Below, one piece after another: positions 60,876 through 64,000 of a stretch of DNA of 64,000 bases. Position numbers and translations under genes: made by a program. This stretch comes from Macrostomum lignano (lineage: Eukaryota). The stretch spans positions 248,001 through 312,000 of the forward strand of contig NIVC01000992.1 of assembly GCA_002269645.1 (NCBI GenBank), read 5' to 3'. Each line of letters opens with the position of its first letter. Within the stretch, counting starts at the first letter, position 1. The notes beneath the pieces were generated by a model. It was given only the letters and a program-made list of their open reading frames with translations, did no database searches and was not told the DNA's origin.

Positions 60876-63349
60876 TGTTGATCACTATACTATAGGGCCT
60901 ATTGATGGCATATTAATTAATCAACAATAACATTGCATTTTCTATGAAACAGACTCAAATTCAAATACAAGTTTTATTGGTATTTTTTCAAATGAAAAAT
61001 TATAGATTTTTGCATTTTTTCAAAAAGTTGTGGCATATAGCATAGTGCAAGCAAACTTTTTTGACAGGATTTGTTCTAGCATAGGCATGCCAATGCCATG
61101 ATCCTGACTATGGACCTTGCATATAGACCCATAAAATGATGAAATGAAAATCTAATTTTATGACTATGCTTGTATATAAAAGATATTATAAAAATGAAGC
61201 CAAAGCCAAAAATCTATATATTAAAAAAACTCTGTATTTCTTAATCAAGTTAAAGCTAAGCCTACTTTGATCATTGAGAAATATATTTGTAACTTCTATT
61301 CGGAGTATTCCCCTTCTTGTCTCTATCTTGCTTCTCTTTTTATTGTCCTTGGGCCCCTTCCTTAATTTTGTTAATAGTATAGGCCTAGCCTACTCCTAGT
61401 CCTAAGTCCTAACCAATAGAAATCCCCTAGGCCTACGCGTACGCCTAAGACTCAAGTACTAAGTACTAACTGATTTCTTAGACTTAGTATCATACCCTGA
61501 TATAGGTCAATGACAAGATATAAAAAGTTCAGGTTTCTAGTATTCTAAAAACGAAAATCTTGCTTGCTTGCTTGCATGCAATCTGATTTTACTAATGATG
61601 TGCCCAATCACTAATGTATAGGCCTAATGTGAAAAATTACGAATGTTTTAAGTCGTTCGTGTCATGTCAAGGAACGACTACTTAAAGTCGTCCTTGGTTC
61701 GTGTACTTTCTTTATTTCTAATAAAGATAAGCCAGGCTCCCAATGCAAATTCTTTTAAAAGATTAACAAAACCACATTAACTAATTATTATAAAAATTTA
61801 AACTTTGTATATTTCAAAGTTTCAAAGAGTTTTTTTAATATTCAATATACAAAAATGGGTTTATAAGTATTCACTATTACGTGAAAGCCGTGGTAATTAA
61901 ATGTAGTCAAGCTCGTACGTACAAATTGAAAACGCGAAAGAAATTGGTTGCTGAATGGAAAGATAACTTATTTATTTTAGAGCAAATCGAAGGCATTGAA
62001 ACATGGACTATTAATTGAGGTAGGGCCAGGTCACAGATGTCAAAATAAATATCGTCACGCTCTGATGATACGAAACAATTGAGGTTGAAATCTCATGAGA
62101 TCGATTGCCCGTCAAAAAATGAAAAAAGCGCCAGTCACGTGATTCTCCCAGACCATCTGGTGCCATGGTTTTTTTACCACAGACCCACATTCCAGGTGGC
62201 TGCCTAATAACTTGAAATCTATCAGATCTTCCAAGATTTTGTAAGTCATCGTCAGATTTTGTCAGACGATTCGTAAGATTGTCAACTAGGGTAGCTGGCC
62301 GGCCATGGCGATTTACATCTACTTGTACCTGTACATAATTAATGACCCGAAAAAGTATGCTATGGAGTAGAATCACAATGGAAAAGAAGAAAAAAATCAT
62401 GAGCGAAAGAGAAAAAGACTAAAGACAATTGTGTACAAAAGAGAGGATACATGTAGGAGAGGGAATAAAATCAAGAATGGGGAAGATAAATGTTTGGAGA
62501 AAAGAGGAGGTAAGTATATCATTGCTACTAGGGACAGTAGTAAGTACAGTAACGGGAAAGGAGCCCCATGTGCCGTCGCATTACTGCTGAAAGTCTGGTT
62601 CTTATCGTCAATATTATTTTTGTTGTTTTTCAATATAAAACTCAATGTAGCCGATCGTACATTCTAAATTCTAAACAATTCTCTACATGAATTATTCTAC
62701 ATAAATTCTCTTAACTGTGGGAATGATGCAATTCGCGTCACTAATGCGAGGCTTAGGCTTAGCTTAGGCTGGTCAGGAGAAAGTGGAGGGTTGCGACTAG
62801 AGTTGGATTAAAGCTGCCACTTGTTGATCACTGGTTTCGGGGTGAAAACAACATGTTTCTGAGTGTATGCATGCATCCTAAAATGCATTTGCAAAAGTAA
62901 ATATCATGCATTCTCTTTAACGAATTCTAGCTTTTTGAACTATCACTACAGTTATAGCCACAGTTCTTATGAGACTAGAGGAATTAACGAGCGTATATCC
63001 CGTACAGCAATACGATGTCGGCCGATGTCCCCGAAATCTATATCGATGTCTATGACAAAAATGTACTTTTACATTACACCGACGTTGCACGTAGGACGTA
63101 AACATCGTAGGGACGTGTATGCAATGCAAAAGCACGTATTTGTCATTGACGCGTCGATAGACTTTGGGAACGTTGGCCAGGCCATGCTGTTTATGTACTC
63201 GTACTATAGGGAACTTTCATTCTCCTCATTTCGCTTCCTTATTTGACACCAGAATAGCTATTAGACTGGATCTGACTTTTTACAGGTTTTTTTCAGCTGA
63301 GAGTTGCACCTTTACAAGCTCATATTGTTTTCTCGTCGAGGACTTTAAG

Positions 63350-63525
63350 AGCCAACCCTAAATAATTGGCGCATATTTCGGCTTGAGAACCGAGGTGTCC
63401 TCGCCGAGGCGCAGACTTTCCTGAAAGAGAATTTCTTAAACTCGTAGAAGATGGCGATACTCGCTCCAGCACGGCCGTTAAACAGCAAGCAGCCGTCAGT
63501 GAAGCAGCGAATGCCCTGGCTGCGC
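63350..63525 (-). mobile_element. Frameshifted RNase H fragment, probably from a non-LTR retrotransposon
   Basis: [19 protein letters not shown], then LGEDTSV and QAEICA in shifted frames, follows the TDGS..G.G..G....SVFQAE..A pattern of RNase HI. It abuts the 17-bp array. Confidence 0.6.
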
Positions 63526-63544
63526 CGGTTCACACAGAGTCTGG

Positions 63545-64000
63545 TCAAATGTCACTGACAGTCAAATGTCACTGACAGTCAAATGTCATTGGCACTCAAA
63601 TGTCACTGCAGACAATCAAATGTCATTGGCAGTCAAATGTCACTGCAGACAATTAAATGTCATTGGCAGTCAAATGTCACTGCAGACAGTCAAATGTCAA
63701 TGGCAATCAAAATGTCACTGACAGTCAAATGTCACTGACAGTCAAATGTCAATGGCAGTCAAAATGTACTGACAGTCAAATGTCACTGACAGTCAAATGT
63801 CAATGGCAGTCAAAATGTACTGACAGTCAAATGTCATTGGCAGTCAAATGTCATTGGCAGTCAAATGTCATTGGCAGTCAAATGTCACTGACAGCCAAAT
63901 TTTATTGGCAGTCAAATGTCACTGACAGTCAAATGTCATTGGCAGTCAAATGTCACTGACAGTCAAATGTCATTGGCAGTCAAATGTCACTGACAGTCAA
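63545..64000 (+). repeat. 17-bp minisatellite (GTCAAATGTCACTGACA), runs off the window end
   Basis: Period 17. Confidence 0.95.

Noticed and set aside
61645-61700. Hairpins (here and at 9031-9066) as Helitron 3' ends
   Set aside because: No CTRR terminus at the expected distance and no matching 5' TC end identified.
62753-62770. TTAGGC telomere-like words
   Set aside because: Only two to three imperfect units; chance level.

Overview
Eukaryotic (metazoan) genomic DNA, not prokaryotic. The architecture (GC-rich exons with poly-Q/poly-G tracts, nearly every intron filled by its own minisatellite) suggests a repeat-rich invertebrate such as the flatworm Macrostomum. That assignment is my inference, not a database result. 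Four co-oriented minus-strand genes span 14-51 kb: an intronless TAF9 (50495-51097), an intronless 1540-aa ORF of unknown function (44420-49042), a 4-exon pyruvate dehydrogenase kinase (38136-41936) and a ~12-exon class II PI3-kinase (14111-34993; RBD-C2-helical-kinase-PX-C2). Each has a splice-acceptor-like site 5-48 nt upstream of its ATG. From 51.2 to 62.5 kb lies an AT-rich block with a distinct motif signature. It holds a 6.6-kb Mutator-like element (259-bp TIRs, SWIM + PHD gene with two stops, DDE core apparently deleted), a 138-bp direct repeat pair and a decayed non-LTR retrotransposon end; an RNase H remnant follows at 63.4 kb. Also present: two tRNA-derived SINE families (one CORE-like), a candidate solo LTR, two MITE-like foldbacks and about 30 tandem arrays, one 28-bp family occurring at three unlinked sites. 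The first 13 kb has exon-like islands I could not assign. Splice sites and coordinates were read by hand; repeat boundaries are approximate.
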